From Hypanus sabinus (taxonomy: Eukaryota), in assembly GCF_030144855.1 (NCBI RefSeq), contig NC_082718.1:90830001-90894000 (forward strand): DNA of 64,000 nucleotides, written 5' to 3'. Below are positions 49,296 through 62,972 of this stretch, one piece after another. The translations under genes were made by a program, and so were the position numbers. The first letter of the stretch is position 1. The number at the start of each line of letters is the position of its first letter. The notes beneath the pieces are model-generated. The model did not search any database. It was given only the letters and a program-made list of their open reading frames with translations, and was not told the DNA's origin.

Positions 49296-51034
49296 CAAAT
49301 ACTACTGAAGATTAATAAAAAGAAATTGGAGATATTGGCAATGTGAACAATAGAAAACGGTGAAAACACTCTGCAAGTCACACAACACGTGCAAGAGATA
49401 CAAAAACCTGTCAGAATTGGGAGAGACATTTCTGGTTGATATATTAATGTGGGCATTTAGTGAGAGAAAAAGGCATGGAAGGCTGAAGTGCAAATAAAGA
49501 GCTGTGGGAAATGGCCAGCTGATCAAGCAGTTTCAATAGAGAGATGACAGCTGAAAGGTGCTCCACAGGAAAAGTGAATTAGCTGAACCCCGTGCAGTTT
49601 GAAATTGATTCACCAACGGCTACTTGTGCAGTTTAAATTGGGAAGATAAGATGTTTCTACGGCGCAGTTCTTTAATTGCAGTGGTCTCCAGAGTGGAGGC
49701 TCCGGTGAGTAGGAACTTCGGGAGAATCTCGACATTGGCTTTCAGTTTAACTGTGCAAGTGGGTGGTGAGTCTTCGTCACTTTTATAACTTGCAGATTGT
49801 TTAGTGTGACGAGGAACAGCGGCACGGCTTGGCTGCATAGAATGCATTTTCTGCGTCATGTTGAATGCATGCTTCCAATGTTTGCAGACAACCACATGTG
49901 CAGAAACGATCTTCTGCTGCAGTCGCTTAAGTTTAAGCATTTTGGGCCTGAATTGTCAGTCACTGTGGCTCATTCATAGTTATGTGTTAAAGTGATCACG
50001 CCGCAACTTAAATTTGAGCAGAGAGGGTATTAGTCATCAGCAGATAGACTAGATGGAGTAGGTAGAGTAGGTAGCCAGAGGTCTGAGTTATTCTCAATCT
50101 TTCATAAAGGAAGAAGAGTGACAGAGCAAATAATAATTGAGTATTCGGGAGTTAGGTGGAAAGTGTTTCTGTAGCCTTAGACATAACGTCGGGGTGGCAT
50201 ATTGACTCTCAATTCCAGGTTTGCAGATGCCACTGAATGGCTACAGAACACCATGAAAGAGAAGGGTATTGTCATCCATATCTGTACAGATGGGATGGAC
50301 GGGGAGAGAGGTTTACTACAAGCCAAGCTTAAGGAGCCGGGAAAAAAAGGTTAAAATACTGTACAACTACAGGCGCAACAGAAGTGAGCAGTTAATAGTT
50401 ATAAGTGGAACTAAATATTATATGGAATTTAACATTTGGGAAGGAAAGAAAAAGTGGGTGATATAGCACTATTAAAAAGAGAAAGGTTTAGTGCAGTGGC
50501 GAGGAATGCTCTTGGTTAACAGATCAGTTAGTAATTCGTTATTAGATATATTGAGATACGGCAAAAAAAAAACTTTGTCATGCCACACAGGTTATTTCAA
50601 AAACATCAGAACATTGAGTAGTACAAGGAGAAAAAGTAACACAATGTAATGTGAAAGAGCAGAGCAGGTAGACATTAAGGTTCAAGGTCCATGATAGAGT
50701 ACACAGCAAGATCAGGAGTTAATCTTTATTGTACAAGAGATCCAATCAGTAGTATAACAGTGGGATAGAAGCTAAGCTTGAGCCAATGATGCACGTTTCC
50801 GTGCATTTGTATCTGCTGCCTGATGAAAGAGAGGAGAAAGAGAAGGTCCAGGGTCAGATGGTCTTTAAGTTGGATGCTTTTCCAAAGGAGAGAAAAGTGT
50901 TGTCAGATTTTTCTATAGTGCATTTATAAAAATTGGTAAGGATCAATGGTGACTGCTAAATTACCTTAATCTTCTGAGTAAGTAGAGGTGCTGGTTTGCT
51001 TTCTTGGTCTAGTATCAGAATAGCCAATAGTATC

Positions 51035-51192
51035 AGCCAATAGGCTGATCCTGGACTTATTTCCACTTGGCATGATTAACTTATTATTATTTAATTATTT
51101 ATGGTTTTATATTGCTATATTTCTTCACTATTCTTGGTTGGTGCAGCTGTAACGAAACCTCCGGATCAATAAAGTATGTCTGTCTGTCTGTC
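51035..51192 (+). mobile_element. L2/Rex1-type LINE 3' tail
   Basis: Matches ~31900-32062 with (GTCT)n tail. Confidence 0.88.
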
Positions 51193-51799
51193 TATCACTG
51201 ACATGTGTTGTGAAATTTGTTGTTCGTGTCTGTGTGGTTGAACCAGCATAATTTATTGGTGATGTTCAAGTACGAACTTGAAGCTCTCAATGATCTCAAA
51301 CTCATTTCATATAAAATTTAGGATTTCATATAAATTGATCATTGACATAGCTTCCTAATTAATCTCTGGTTTGTCACCTATTTTGCAGCAATAATATTGT
51401 CAAACTGTCTGCTTGAAAGACTTTTGCATATCCATATTTTGACAAATGTTGTAGTTACTGTCGTGAGTCCTCTACTTCGACACAGTGCAGTACTGTATAG
51501 CAGTCTTCAAACGAATCAAGGAATTCATCGTATTCGCTTAAGCTAATCTTGAATAATCCACCTAGGATGTTATCCTTGTATGATTTGAAAATTTAATTAT
51601 GAAGTCAATACTACATAATCTTTAAAAATATTTTTAAATTTTAAAATTCTAATTCCTTATGGATTTCAGAATACAAATAAAATTAACTTTTGGAAAGTTT
51701 AGTTTGCATGGTTAAACATAATATTGTACAATTTAAAATAATTATTTTAATAGAATTTTAAATATCATTAAAATAATAGCATCACAATGCTAATTAAAA

Positions 51800-52450
51800 T
51801 TCCGCCATGCTATGACGTTTCTTCGACATCGATGTCAGCGCCAGATTCAAGCAGAGTGTGGTTGGAAAAGACCTGAGCGGCAGCGGTGGGAATGAGAACG
51901 GCTCGCCGCCATCCTCAGATTTCCGAGGCACCCTCGCCTTCTCTCCCCGCCCACCGAACAACGGCGAGCCGGCGGACGTCACTTCCTGTGGTTTGGAGCT
52001 CTGCCTGCCGATTGGCTGCGGTGAAGGTCAATCAGGCGTGACTCGGTTGGAGCGAGCGTCGCGGGCAGCACGGGCCGTGTAACGGACGCCGAGCTTGAGT
52101 TCGCCCCGCAGGGCTGTCGGCGGCGGTGACGGGTCCGATAATATGTTGCTGTAGCTTTCAGTCGGGGCCTTAAGGCACAAGAACTGTCATGAAGGTACCT
52201 GTTCTGCTTGCGCTTTGCGGCGGCTGCGGCTGCCTGTCGTTTTCCTGTGGTCGTGTTGCTCATTAACCACCGTCGCGGGGCAACTGTGCGCAGACGGAAG
52301 GAAGCTCCTGAAGTCGATCCAGCAGTATCCTCGGACCCCCGTTAATTGTGGAATTGGCGACCGTGGGCAGGGAAAATATAAGTGGGCGGGGTGGCTGTAC
52401 TTCGGTTTTGAAATCTAGATTAAATGAAGTGTGGTACCTGCTTAAGTTAT
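51800..52450 (+). promoter_or_regulatory. RNF34: RNF34 CpG-island promoter and first exon
   Basis: CpG-rich; YY1-like CCGCCAT (51802, 51906), overlapping CRE/ETS GACGTCACTTCCTG (51975-51988), inverted CCAAT (52011). Confidence 0.8.
52189..52194 (+). CDS. RNF34: RNF34 coding exon 1 (Met-Lys)
   Basis: gtcATGAAG|gtacct; joined to exon 2 gives MKAGATSMWASCCG, the known RNF34 N-terminus. Confidence 0.85.
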
Positions 52451-54899
52451 TCAAAGCGATGGCGGGAGAGGGAGAATTCTTTCCCGTCAGTTTCAGGCCT
52501 GAGTTTGTGTGTTTTTTCCCCTCTCTCGTGTCTATAAGAGGACGCACGTATCCCTGGAGATTGGTAAACTTCACGTCCTCGGACTTTGGTCAGCTTGGAC
52601 CCCATCTCTTCCGCCTCTCCCTCAAACTGCTCACTGCACTGGACTCCAGAGAGGGGAAAAAAAATTATGAGAATGGAAGATCGAGGAGTAAATAATGTGG
52701 GATGTTAATGCCTGTTTTCTGACATGTATACAATGCTGACTACCTTGTGTGTGTCTTTTTCTAATGGAATAACTTTATGATGCCGACCGTCATGTAGGCA
52801 CGTATAGCCTTAAATGTACAGTATTTCATTTTTGATATGATCCAACCCCGGCTTCCATGATCTACGAAGGTTTTTCAAGTCTACTACAGCTGATATTTTT
52901 CTTGTGAATAGTAAAAGGGAAATGTTAAAACTGTTGCCCACAATAATTAGTAATGCGCAGTCCAAGCAAGCTACTAAAATGAAATTAGATTTAATTAGGA
53001 ATATTTTAAACTGAAACCTTTTTTTAAGCGGAGTATAAAGATCGGAATTTGGTCAGAAGGATGTTTGGTTTATACAACAAGTCTATCTTTTGTCTAGTTC
53101 ATATGAACTGTCATTTTGTGTCAGTTGCTTTCAACTGCTGTTTTCACTGCTGTTTTAAAATAGTAGGATTGACTTACTATTTTCTGATCACATACATAAT
53201 GTCAGAAATCAGATCTTAACATCCCATGTTACTTAGCCAGGTGGTAAAGTATACTGAATTTCTCTAGCACATGTCTATCTTGAATCTATGTCTCAAAATA
53301 ATTAAACTGGAGTGACAATTTGCACCTTTTTGTCATAACAAGAGGGAGGTCAGAATACAAATGTAGCAAATAAAATGAGCTTGTGAGAAGCAAATTAGTA
53401 TCCATAGACGTGGAACCTATTTAGTGGTATTGTGTGAATGCTGCCTGTGAAAATAAGTGTAAAGGCTTTTGGGTGGATAACTAGAGTATGTCCAAAAGGG
53501 GAACGGTAATATGTTAGTTACAGGGAAATTCCATAATTAATGATGGATAACCAGCATCCTCAACAGGATCAAGATAGTGGATACAGCCCAGTTCATCACA
53601 GGTAAAGCTGACTCCACCATTGAGCACATCTGTGGAAGCCATGTCATTGGGTATATTTAAGGCAGAGGTTGATAGACTCTCGATTAGTCAGGGCATGGCA
53701 GATTACGGGGAGAAGGCAGGAGATTGGGACTGAGAGGGAAATGGATCAGCCATGATGAAATGGTGGAGCAGACTCTAAATGGACCAAATTGACTAATTCT
53801 GCTCCTCTTTCTTATGGCTGTATGGTTTTATCTTTCAACTGAAAGGGGAGGTGAAGGTAATTGAATAAATATCTTGAGACGTGGGCCTCAAATGTCTACA
53901 GAAGAGATTCTGCAGATACTGGAAGTTCAAAGCAACACAACCAAAATGCTGGAAGAACTCAGCAGATCAGCCAGCATCTATTGAAATAAATAAACTGTTG
54001 ACGTTTCAGGCCAAGACCCTTCTTCAAAAAGGGGGAAGACACCAGAATAATAAAAAGGTGGAGGGAGAGGGGAAGGAGGCTAGCTGGAAGGTGATAGGTG
54101 AAGCCAGGTGGGTGGAAAGGTCAATGGCTGGAGAAGAAGGAATCTGATGTCATGTATGTGGTATTAATCAAAACAGACTGAATAACACTTCATCCTTGAC
54201 TATTACTTTCCTGTGTTCTTGGACTATTTGATAGATTCAATGAACACACTCAATACATTTATTCTCTTTTTTTTGTAGTATGAAAGAGCATGAAGGATTT
54301 TCAGAAGCAGTATGTTATGGAGCAGATATTGCTAGACAGCACTGTATTGTTATTAGGCCTATGAAAAAGTTATACTGTATTTAAAAAAAATATGCAAAGC
54401 AAAAATTCTTTTGAAAGACAAAATAAACTGCAGAACTTTACTGGCATTTCAGTCACATTTTTAAAATGGCAGGGATTGTTTTGAGTCCGAAAGAAATTCA
54501 GTTTTGACGCTGGTGAGTCTGTTTTAGGAGACTGTTTTAAGTCAGCTGGCTGATTAGCTCTCAATTTGGAAAAAAAAATCCATGGTAGTCTCAAAGACGT
54601 GTTGTTATGTCTTGTCATTTTACCTTGTCATCTATGAGCAAAGTGGAGTTTTCTTGTATACATTAACTATAAATGCTTCTAAACCAGATAACAACTGAAA
54701 CATTGAAGTAAATAAACCTACCAGCACACTTGCTGAATCAAGAAAGTTATTAGATATTCCAGTACACTTGCCTTTAAAATTATACAGTTGTATAATACTG
54801 GATACAATGCCAGAAAGCAGTAGGTCCCAATATCTATCCTGAAAATCTGCCTAATTTTTGAAAAGAATGATTAATAATTGAAATTGCCCTGAATACCTC

Positions 54900-55510
54900 T
54901 AGCCACTTCATGCTTCCTGAACCTGATTTTCCCTTCTATCCAGAGCAAGGAAAGGGCACCCTTGTCTTCCACCCAACCAAACTCCATAATTAATGGATCA
55001 TGTGACACTTTCAATGCTGTCACCACTATATAGTTATGCTGTTCAGCTTTCAGAATACTGAAGGGTCTATTCTTTCTGTAATTCCCTAGTTCACAAATCG
55101 ATCTCCATCAACATGCACTCTCCCTTCTTGTGGTCATTTCCCATACAACTGCAGGGAATGAAAAGTCTACCTTTTACCTCTGTCCACTATCCTGGGAGCT
55201 AGGCATTTCCTTCAAGTCAAGCATTTATTCACTAGTTGGTTTTATGCACATGCATTTGATGTGCATATTATTGTGTCCCTTGAACTGGTGAAACAGATTG
55301 CAGATTGTATGACTGCTTTGTCTAGAATACCAAGGTGATCCAAAGCTTCCATTTATCTTGGACTTTAATTCTTCACCTACTTCCCCTTTGAATCAATTTT
55401 TGGCTTCTTCCAGTCTTCCAAAGAAGTCTAAATATGCTGAATATATTTCAACTCCTGGCTAGGCATGTTACAACTCCCAGGATTCAGTGCTGAATTTGAC
55501 AATTTCAGGT
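54900..55510 (+). mobile_element. Degenerate Penelope-like element, endonuclease (GIY-YIG) region relic
   Basis: Ends ..CTAGGCATGTTACAACTCCCAGGATTCAGTGCTGAATTTGACAATTTCAGGTAG, resembling Penelope ORF ends from memory; no open frame. Confidence 0.5.
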
Positions 55511-55599
55511 AGTCAGTCTTTCAGATTTGTATCGGATCTGGATAGTTTTAATGAAAAGATTGCCTAGACAGGGCAAAATTGGCAGGATTAACAAACCCT

Positions 55600-58530
55600 G
55601 AATGATAAGGGTATTGGCGCACTGGTTAGGAGAAAGAAAAGTTTCTGTTAGGTGCAGGCATCCACGATCAAACAAATTCTTTGAGGAAAGTAAGAGATCT
55701 ACACCCAAAATGGGAACAGGAGGGAAAAAGAGGTTATGTGATAGTTTTAACAAATATGGTACAGGAGGTTTTACAGCTATATTAAGAACAAAAGGGTAAC
55801 TAGGAAGGATCATTGTGGTCCTTTATGTGTGGACCAAGGGAGATGGGAAAAGTATTAAATAAATAGTGCTTATCTGTTTTAACCATGGAAACTGCCTGAA
55901 GCTGAGGAATTATGGAAAATGAATAGTGATGTATTGGAATATATTGCAAAAGAGGAAATGCTGTCAATCTTAAGGCATAAAAGGTGGATAAATACATCAA
56001 ATGTCATAGATTTTGTGAACTTGCATTAATTTCTCCTACCCCTCTTGTTTTCTCTTTTTCTATGCCCCATTCTAGTTCTGCTCTCATCATGTCCCTTTTC
56101 CTTATCTACCCATTCTAGCCTCACTATTCTCTTCCTCCTTCCCTTTCTTCCATTGCCCACCATCCTTTCCTTTTAAACTCATTTTCCAACCGGTTATCTC
56201 TTTCACCTATTACCTCCCACCTCCTTACTTCATCCCACGCCCACCCACCTTTCCCTTCTCCTGGGTTCATCTATCACCTGCCAGCTTGTACACGTTTTTC
56301 CACTCTACCTTATTTTGGGTTCTGCTCCCTCTCTTTCCAGTACTGATGAAGGGTGTCAGCCTGAAATTTTCTCTGCTCCATAGATGCTGCATGACTTCCT
56401 GAGTTCCTCCAGAATGTTGTGCATCTTACTCAAGATTTCTAGCATCTGTGTTTAGGATAAATATCCATAGCTTGATCAAATGTTTCCTAGGACAGGGAAG
56501 TTGCATTTGAAATTGTAAGGTTATTTCAGAGATGTCTGCATTCTCTTTAGCCTTGGGTAAAATACCAGAAGGTTAAAGAGCAACTGATATCATATCTTTA
56601 TTTACGAATGGCTGCAAGGACAAGCCAGGCAGCTGCAGGTTGGTGAACCTAACATCAGTGGTGGGAAAATTACAGCATGGTATGCTGAGAGATAAGCATT
56701 TAGAAAAGCAGTGACTGATTAGCAGATGTGTGTGGCAGATCATGTCTCATGAATTTGATTAAGTTTTTAAAAAATAATATCCAATGAGGGCAAGATGGGA
56801 CTAGCTGAGAGTAAGCGTTCGGCATGGACTAGAAGGGCCGAGATGGCCTGTTTCCATGCTGTAATTGTTATGGTAGATATGGACTTTAGTAAGGCCTGTG
56901 ATAAGATTCCACAGGGTAGGCTAATATGGAAAGTTAACTTGTAAGGGATCCAGGGAGAGCTTGCTAACTGGACACATGGCTGGCTTGATGGTAGAAGCAG
57001 AAGTTGATGGGGGAAGGTTGTCTGTGAGGCTTGTGACTAGTGCTGTTTCCTAGGTGTTGGGCCCATTGCCATTTGTGTTGTATATTAATGAGTTGGGTGA
57101 GAATATAGAATGCATGGTTAGTAAGTCTGCAGATGACATTTAGAATAGGTGGTATCATAGAAAATGAAGATGGTTATGTGGATTGGATCAGATGAGTAAG
57201 TGGGCTGAGGAATTCCAAATGGAATTTACTTTAGATAAGTGCAGGGTGTTGCTTTTGGAAAGGCAACAAATCAGGGTAATACTTTGACAGTCAAATGTAG
57301 GACCTTGCAGAGTATTGTAGAATGGAGAGATTGAGGAATGCAAGTAGATGATTTTCTGAGAGTGCTGTTGCAGTAGACAGTGTAGTGAAGATGTGAAGTT
57401 CATGTTGAAGTTTATTGACATTCAACCATATATATACACTGCCAAACGAGACAAAATTCCTCTGCACCAAGGTACAAAACAGTGTCCATATAACTTACAC
57501 ACATTACACATAAAGTAATATTACCACAATCAATTAACAAATAATAAGGTGCATAGACGATACAAGTTAATAAGTGAATAGTATAACATTACAGGCACAT
57601 CACGTGTTGAGACTTGGGTTGTGGCAGATTGTTTGGCAGTCTTATGGCCTGGACAATTCTCGTCCTAATGCTGTAATACCTCCTGCCTGATGGTTGGGGG
57701 TGGGGTCAAAGAGTCTGTTGGATGGATGGGAAAGATAATTGATAATGCTAAGGCCCTGTGTATGCAGCGCTCCTGATCAATATCTCTAATAGGTGAAAGA
57801 GAAACCCAGCCGATTCTCTCAGCAGTCCTCACAGTCCTTTTTGAGGACGTGTGGTCAGATGCCTTTTCAATTCCCTTACCAGACAGTGATCCAGCTGGTC
57901 AGGATACTCTCAATGGTACTTATAAAATCAATGTTAGCTTTCATTCAAGGCATGAATATAGAAGCTGGGATGTAAGTTGCAGTTGTATATTGGTGGAGCT
58001 GAACTGGAATACTGTATTGTGTTCACTGATGTAGGAAAGAGATACCATGAGGCTGGAAAGAGTACAGAGGTGAGTCATGAAGATGTCACTGGGACTCGAG
58101 GGCTGAGTTATGAGAGAGATTGAGGAGATTGGGGCTGGTCTTGTTTGAGCACAAGAGAATGAGGGGTTATGTTACAGAGATGAAACAAAAATCATGAGTA
58201 ACAGAGGTTAATGTGCAGAGTGTTTTTTTTCCCAGTTTGGGAAATTGAGACCTAGTGAGCATGGGCTTAGGATGAGATAAGAGAGATTTAATGGGAACCT
58301 AAGTGACAACTCTTTCACCCAGAGGATATTGATATTTGGAATAAGCTGCCACAGGATGGCTGAGGTAGGTACATTAGCAACATTTAAAAGGAGCATGGAC
58401 AGTTCATGAATAGGAAAAGTTGAGAGGGATACGGGCTAAACACGGGGAAATGGGACTAATTTAGATGGCAGTCTTGGTCAGCATGGATCAATTAGGCTAA
58501 AGAGCCTGTTCCCTGAAATATGACTATAAA
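55600..58530 (+). mobile_element. Highly fragmented CR1 LINE with nested Penelope (~55990-56450), CR1-tail (~56790-56872) and L2-type (~57380-57920) pieces
   Basis: Remnants MDFSKA.DKIP, SADD, DKCRVL and a CR1 3' UTR near 58500. Confidence 0.75.
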
Positions 58531-59285
58531 AGAATGGTCAATATTGTGCATTACAAATCAATGTTTTCTAGATGACTGTTCAACACTCCAATAACCTGGC
58601 GTATGATTATTCAGAGATCCTTATTGTTCAGGATCTGGTCCAGAATGTGAGCTTTGGGGAAAGGGTTAAGAGTGCATATGAGATGTACAGAGAAAGCTGG
58701 GGGCCTGGAGTGCTGCCAGGTGGGGTTTAGACTATGGATTGGATGTGTGGCCAAAGTTAAGATTGGGGTCTGAAATAGGGCTTAGAAAGTAGGTTTGCAG
58801 CTGAAACCTAGATTTGAGTGTATATTTCCCAATCCCTTTTAAGCTGCCTAGCTTGCTGCAAAATTTATTATATTACTGTAACACAAAGAAATTGTAACTA
58901 AGTTTCAGTATTACTAGTCTAGAAAATCCAAGGTTCCATTGGTGCTCTATTATTGGAGTTTTACTACATTGACTATTCTGGAAGCAAAAGTATGTCATTG
59001 TAAAAGAGGGAAAAATTGAACAACCTTAAGTTGCAAATTTTGATTTGCTTTTTTACTACATTTATTTTTCTTCGTCCAGTTCCTAAGGTTTCCAGATTAA
59101 GTGAAATATGTCATACATTTCCATTCTTCACATCTTGTGCTTTCTTTATTTCTGATATCATCTAATTAATGTGTCCAATTTTGAGGTTTTTGAACTATAG
59201 ATTTTGCTGAACAGTATGTTGTTAGCTACGTTCTAAGGCAAGCAATGTACTTAAGTAAAGTATGATTCTTTTTCTGTTTTCGTAG

Positions 59286-59504
59286 GCTGGGGCCACATCG
59301 ATGTGGGCTTCATGTTGTGGTTTACTAAATGAAGTAATGGGTACTGGAACTGTGCGCGGCCAGCAGCCTCCTTTCGGTGGAGGTGCAGGTCCATTCAGAT
59401 TTGCCCACAGCACAGGGTATTCCTCATATCCATCCCCATCGACTGAAGTTCCAGATCTAGTCTGCGAAGATTGTGGTCAGCCATTTACTCGTTATAGGAA
59501 GAAG
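59286..59504 (+). CDS. RNF34: RNF34 (CARP1) coding exon 2
   Basis: AGATSMWASCCGLLNEVMGTGTVRGQQ..LVCEDCGQPFTRYRKK; cgtag / gtatat; 219 nt. Confidence 0.96.
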
Positions 59505-60299
59505 GTATATTGGGTAATATTTTTATATCTTGGGCATAATTTAGTATTCTTGCACTAAATCAGAGAAAGCATAAGGTTTGAGTATAAAGTTGGATATAAG
59601 GCCATATGTGAGTAGTATACAATAAATAATGCTGTGATCTATGCCAACTGTATATGACCTACTTTAATGTCTAACTGTTTTCAAATTATACAAACAATAA
59701 AAGTAAGCAAATAGCATTCAGAACTGAAGTTCATAAAAGTGATACCACAGCTGATTCAGAAGCCCGTTGCAGGCCGCAGCATCAGCTCAGTGCAGAGATG
59801 AGTAAGCCACGTTGAGCTGTGAGCTGAAGTACAGTTCAGAAACAAGTAAACCTTGTAGAGCAGCAAGCTGAACCGGCCCATCCCTCACCTCCAGCCCTGA
59901 CACCCTGATCTTTTCAATCTGGCCTGGCTCTTAAATTGACCAAACCTCAGATCTTTCCTTGCTTTCAAACCCTTGTCCTATTACTTTGATATGCCCTCTG
60001 ACATGAGCCCAGCCACCCAATTCAGCCTGTACCTGACCTTTTCAATTCAGCTCGGCGCTTAAATCAATCAAACCTTGGGTTTTTCTTCACTCTCCGGCCC
60101 AGGCTCCACCTTGACTCCGCCTTTCCTTTGGTTGCCTCGGTTCTGGTGCGTCAACCTACCTCCAAGGACGCTCCAGCAATTGCCATGCTTTGGCTCATTC
60201 CCTTCTCTCCAGCCCAGGCAACGTGGCCTCAATTTGGCCTGTACGTACTTCATTGTAATCATCCTGTCCAGTAGAGACTTCAGTTCACACTGCAAAAAT

Positions 60300-61013
60300 T
60301 CCACGTCATACAGGTGTTTCTAAAACTCAACTCACAAATAAAACAGAAAACATGTAAATATTTTATTAATCACAGATGTTCTGGTAAACAATCACTGCAG
60401 ACAATAGCCTGTAACTTCCTTGTTGGAGTTGAGTTTTTGAACTGCCTGTACAACCTGACATTTTTGTCATCTCAAACTGGATGCTTTGCCAAGTCTTCAC
60501 AGGCAAGGATGTTTTTTTTTTAGCCAGGGCTGCTGCTGCTTTGCCACTCCTCCATAAGCACCCTTTGTGTGCAAGGCCTCCCCAGATTTATGTTTCTCTA
60601 TTATAATTTCCCTGTCTTGTCTTGAATGCTCTTTTGTCCTTGATTTAGTTTGGTCTATTGAAAATCGACCATACTGTTAGACCTTGCAGAGAGGGGTTAT
60701 TTACTCTTGTGAATTCACTGATAATTTTTACATCTAATTTTCTACATCAATGAATTGGGTAAGTTGGTAAGGTCATATATTGTTCAGGAGGAAAGTTAGC
60801 ATAGTAATTACAAAGGGGATGAATACTTTTTCAGCCTCTCAATTTTGTTTTTTAATTTTTAGTAAATTGTTGACAGGTTGTGGAATTTTTCTTATGATTT
60901 GACATGAACTATTTTGTAGATTAGCTCAAAAAAATCCCACTTCAATATATTTCTAGATAAAGACAATAAGATGTGTAAATAGTGGTGGGGCTGAACACTT
61001 TTTCAAGGCTCTG
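60300..61013 (-). mobile_element. Tc1/mariner remnant
   Basis: TIR-like end GGGGCTGAACACTTTTTCAAGGCTCTG with an inner repeat GGGGATGAATACTTTTTCA at ~60814. Confidence 0.55.
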
Positions 61014-61513
61014 TGCCTTGTGTACATAGTAAAAAAAAATAATTTAAGGAATATGGATTTATTGTTCAGAGAAATTGGCATTTGAAGTATTTCAAAATCA
61101 TTTAAAAAGATATCTTGTCATTTAATCATATATATCATCGAATACAATGCATTGTATGTGGGGATAATGTACTTTTACACAATAGTTAACTTACTGGTCA
61201 GTGGACATTTCAATATTTACTAACTGGATAAATTACTTTTAAATCATAGAAATGGGCATTTCATCCCAACAAATGCATCTGTGCTAATGTCACTTTATTC
61301 ACCCTATATCCCCATTAACTTCCTGGATTCTTATTGATAAGAGGATTTTTTTTTTCTTTACCCCTGTAGGAAATCTGTCTAATTTTTGAGCTTCACTGTT
61401 AAATTTCCTCTTCATCTTAATGAAGGAAAAATTTGGTTTTAAATAGCAATGAACTTATTTCACCGTCTGCTGGTTATATATACTGCCTAATAGCATTTTT
61501 TTTTCTTCACTAG

Positions 61514-61909
61514 TATACATGTAAGGATTGCAAGAGAAATTTCTGTACATTTTGTTCAGTGATGCAAGAAAATCTACGGAGATGTTGTACGTGTGAATTG
61601 CTACAACAAACTTCTTTTCAACATGATGAGCTGATGAAGTTAAAGGTGAAAGATCTACGTCAGTACCTTAGTTTGAGAAACATACCCATAGACACTTGTT
61701 GCGAGAAGGAGGATTTGGTGCAGCTTGTATTGAGCAACCATAGATCAGGTGCTGATGGTGCAGACACAGAGAGTGTACGCTTGCAGAGATCGCAGGGTTC
61801 GCAATTTTATACTGCCACTACTACTGCCACCTCAGCCTCTGCAGCACCACCACCTCAGGGGATTTCGTCCAGTCAAAGACCAAGCTCAGGGACATCAAGA
61901 ATGCACCAG
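61514..61909 (+). CDS. RNF34: RNF34 coding exon 3 (FYVE-like zinc finger end plus SAP-like region)
   Basis: YTCKDCKRNFCTFCSVMQENLRRCCTCELL..LMKLKVKDLRQYLSLRNIPIDTCCEKEDLV; ctag / CAG|gtattt; 396 nt; the gene continues beyond the window. Confidence 0.95.
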
Positions 61910-62972
61910 GTATTTCATTGCTTTTCTTTCCCACAATTAACTTGACAAAGAAACAACTTTGAGAATGTGCTTTTTGTTCTTTCAAAAATGTTTTAGTTTG
62001 CTGAAATTGGGTGATATTTAAGCATCCATCTGTTTTTTAATTTAGCGTTTTCCCCATTAATTTTATTCTTGATCAATTTAAAGCACATTTCCTAGGGCTG
62101 TGCATGACACTAATGTACAGCAGTTATTATTCATTCCTTACTGCCATTTTGGATGTTGCTAAGTCATGTGATGAATAATCAGAATCAGATGTATTGTCAC
62201 TGACATGACATGAATTTATTCTTTAGGGCAGCAGTATAGTACCAAGATATAAATATCTATAAACTACGAAAATAATAGTGCAGGAAAAAGTAATAATGAG
62301 GTAGTGTCAATGGACTTTTCTGAAAGGTGATGGCAGGAAACCATTTATAAATCATTGTGTATGGGTCTTCAGGCTCCTGTGCCACCTCCCTGGTCGTAGT
62401 ATCACATAGAGATCATGTCCGGGATGGTGAAGCTCCTTAACTGATGGATGTCACCCTGATGCACTGCCTCTTGAAGCTGTTCTTGTGGGGAAGAGGGTTG
62501 TGCTCGTGATGGAGCTGGTTGAGTCTGTAACCCTGTGTATCTGTGTGGTCCTTCTGGTGAATGGTAAATGTTATGTATAGTAAAACATTGATAATGTGGC
62601 ATCCAATTGTTTGAAAATTCTGATTATTTGCTGCCTGGCTCTCTCATTAATCTAAAATGTGAGCTGGGAGTCTCGAGTGCATGTTCAGAGTGAGGCCAGG
62701 ACCAGAATCTAGTCTGCAGGCTGACTGGAATGTTGGTCTGGAGTGCTTGGAGCTTTATCAATCTCTAAACTTACTGAATTTACAGGTTAATCTTTTTCAG
62801 AACCTGGAAATGTAAACAACCTATAATTTGAACAGCAGATTTTATAAGAAAAGTCATGGGCAGCATTCTTTACAATTTTGCTTCCCATGTAAACACAGAA
62901 GGGTAAGCATTTAATTACCATTTTATTTCACAGATAACTTTATTTGTAGCTGAAACTTGTGGGGTTATTTGT

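Noticed and set aside
49620-49940. 106-aa minus-strand ORF upstream of ANAPC5
   Set aside because: No recognisable homology or splice support; length compatible with chance.
51794-52695. Overlapping ORFs in the RNF34 CpG island
   Set aside because: Expected from stop-poor GC-rich sequence; only Met-Lys fits the gene model.
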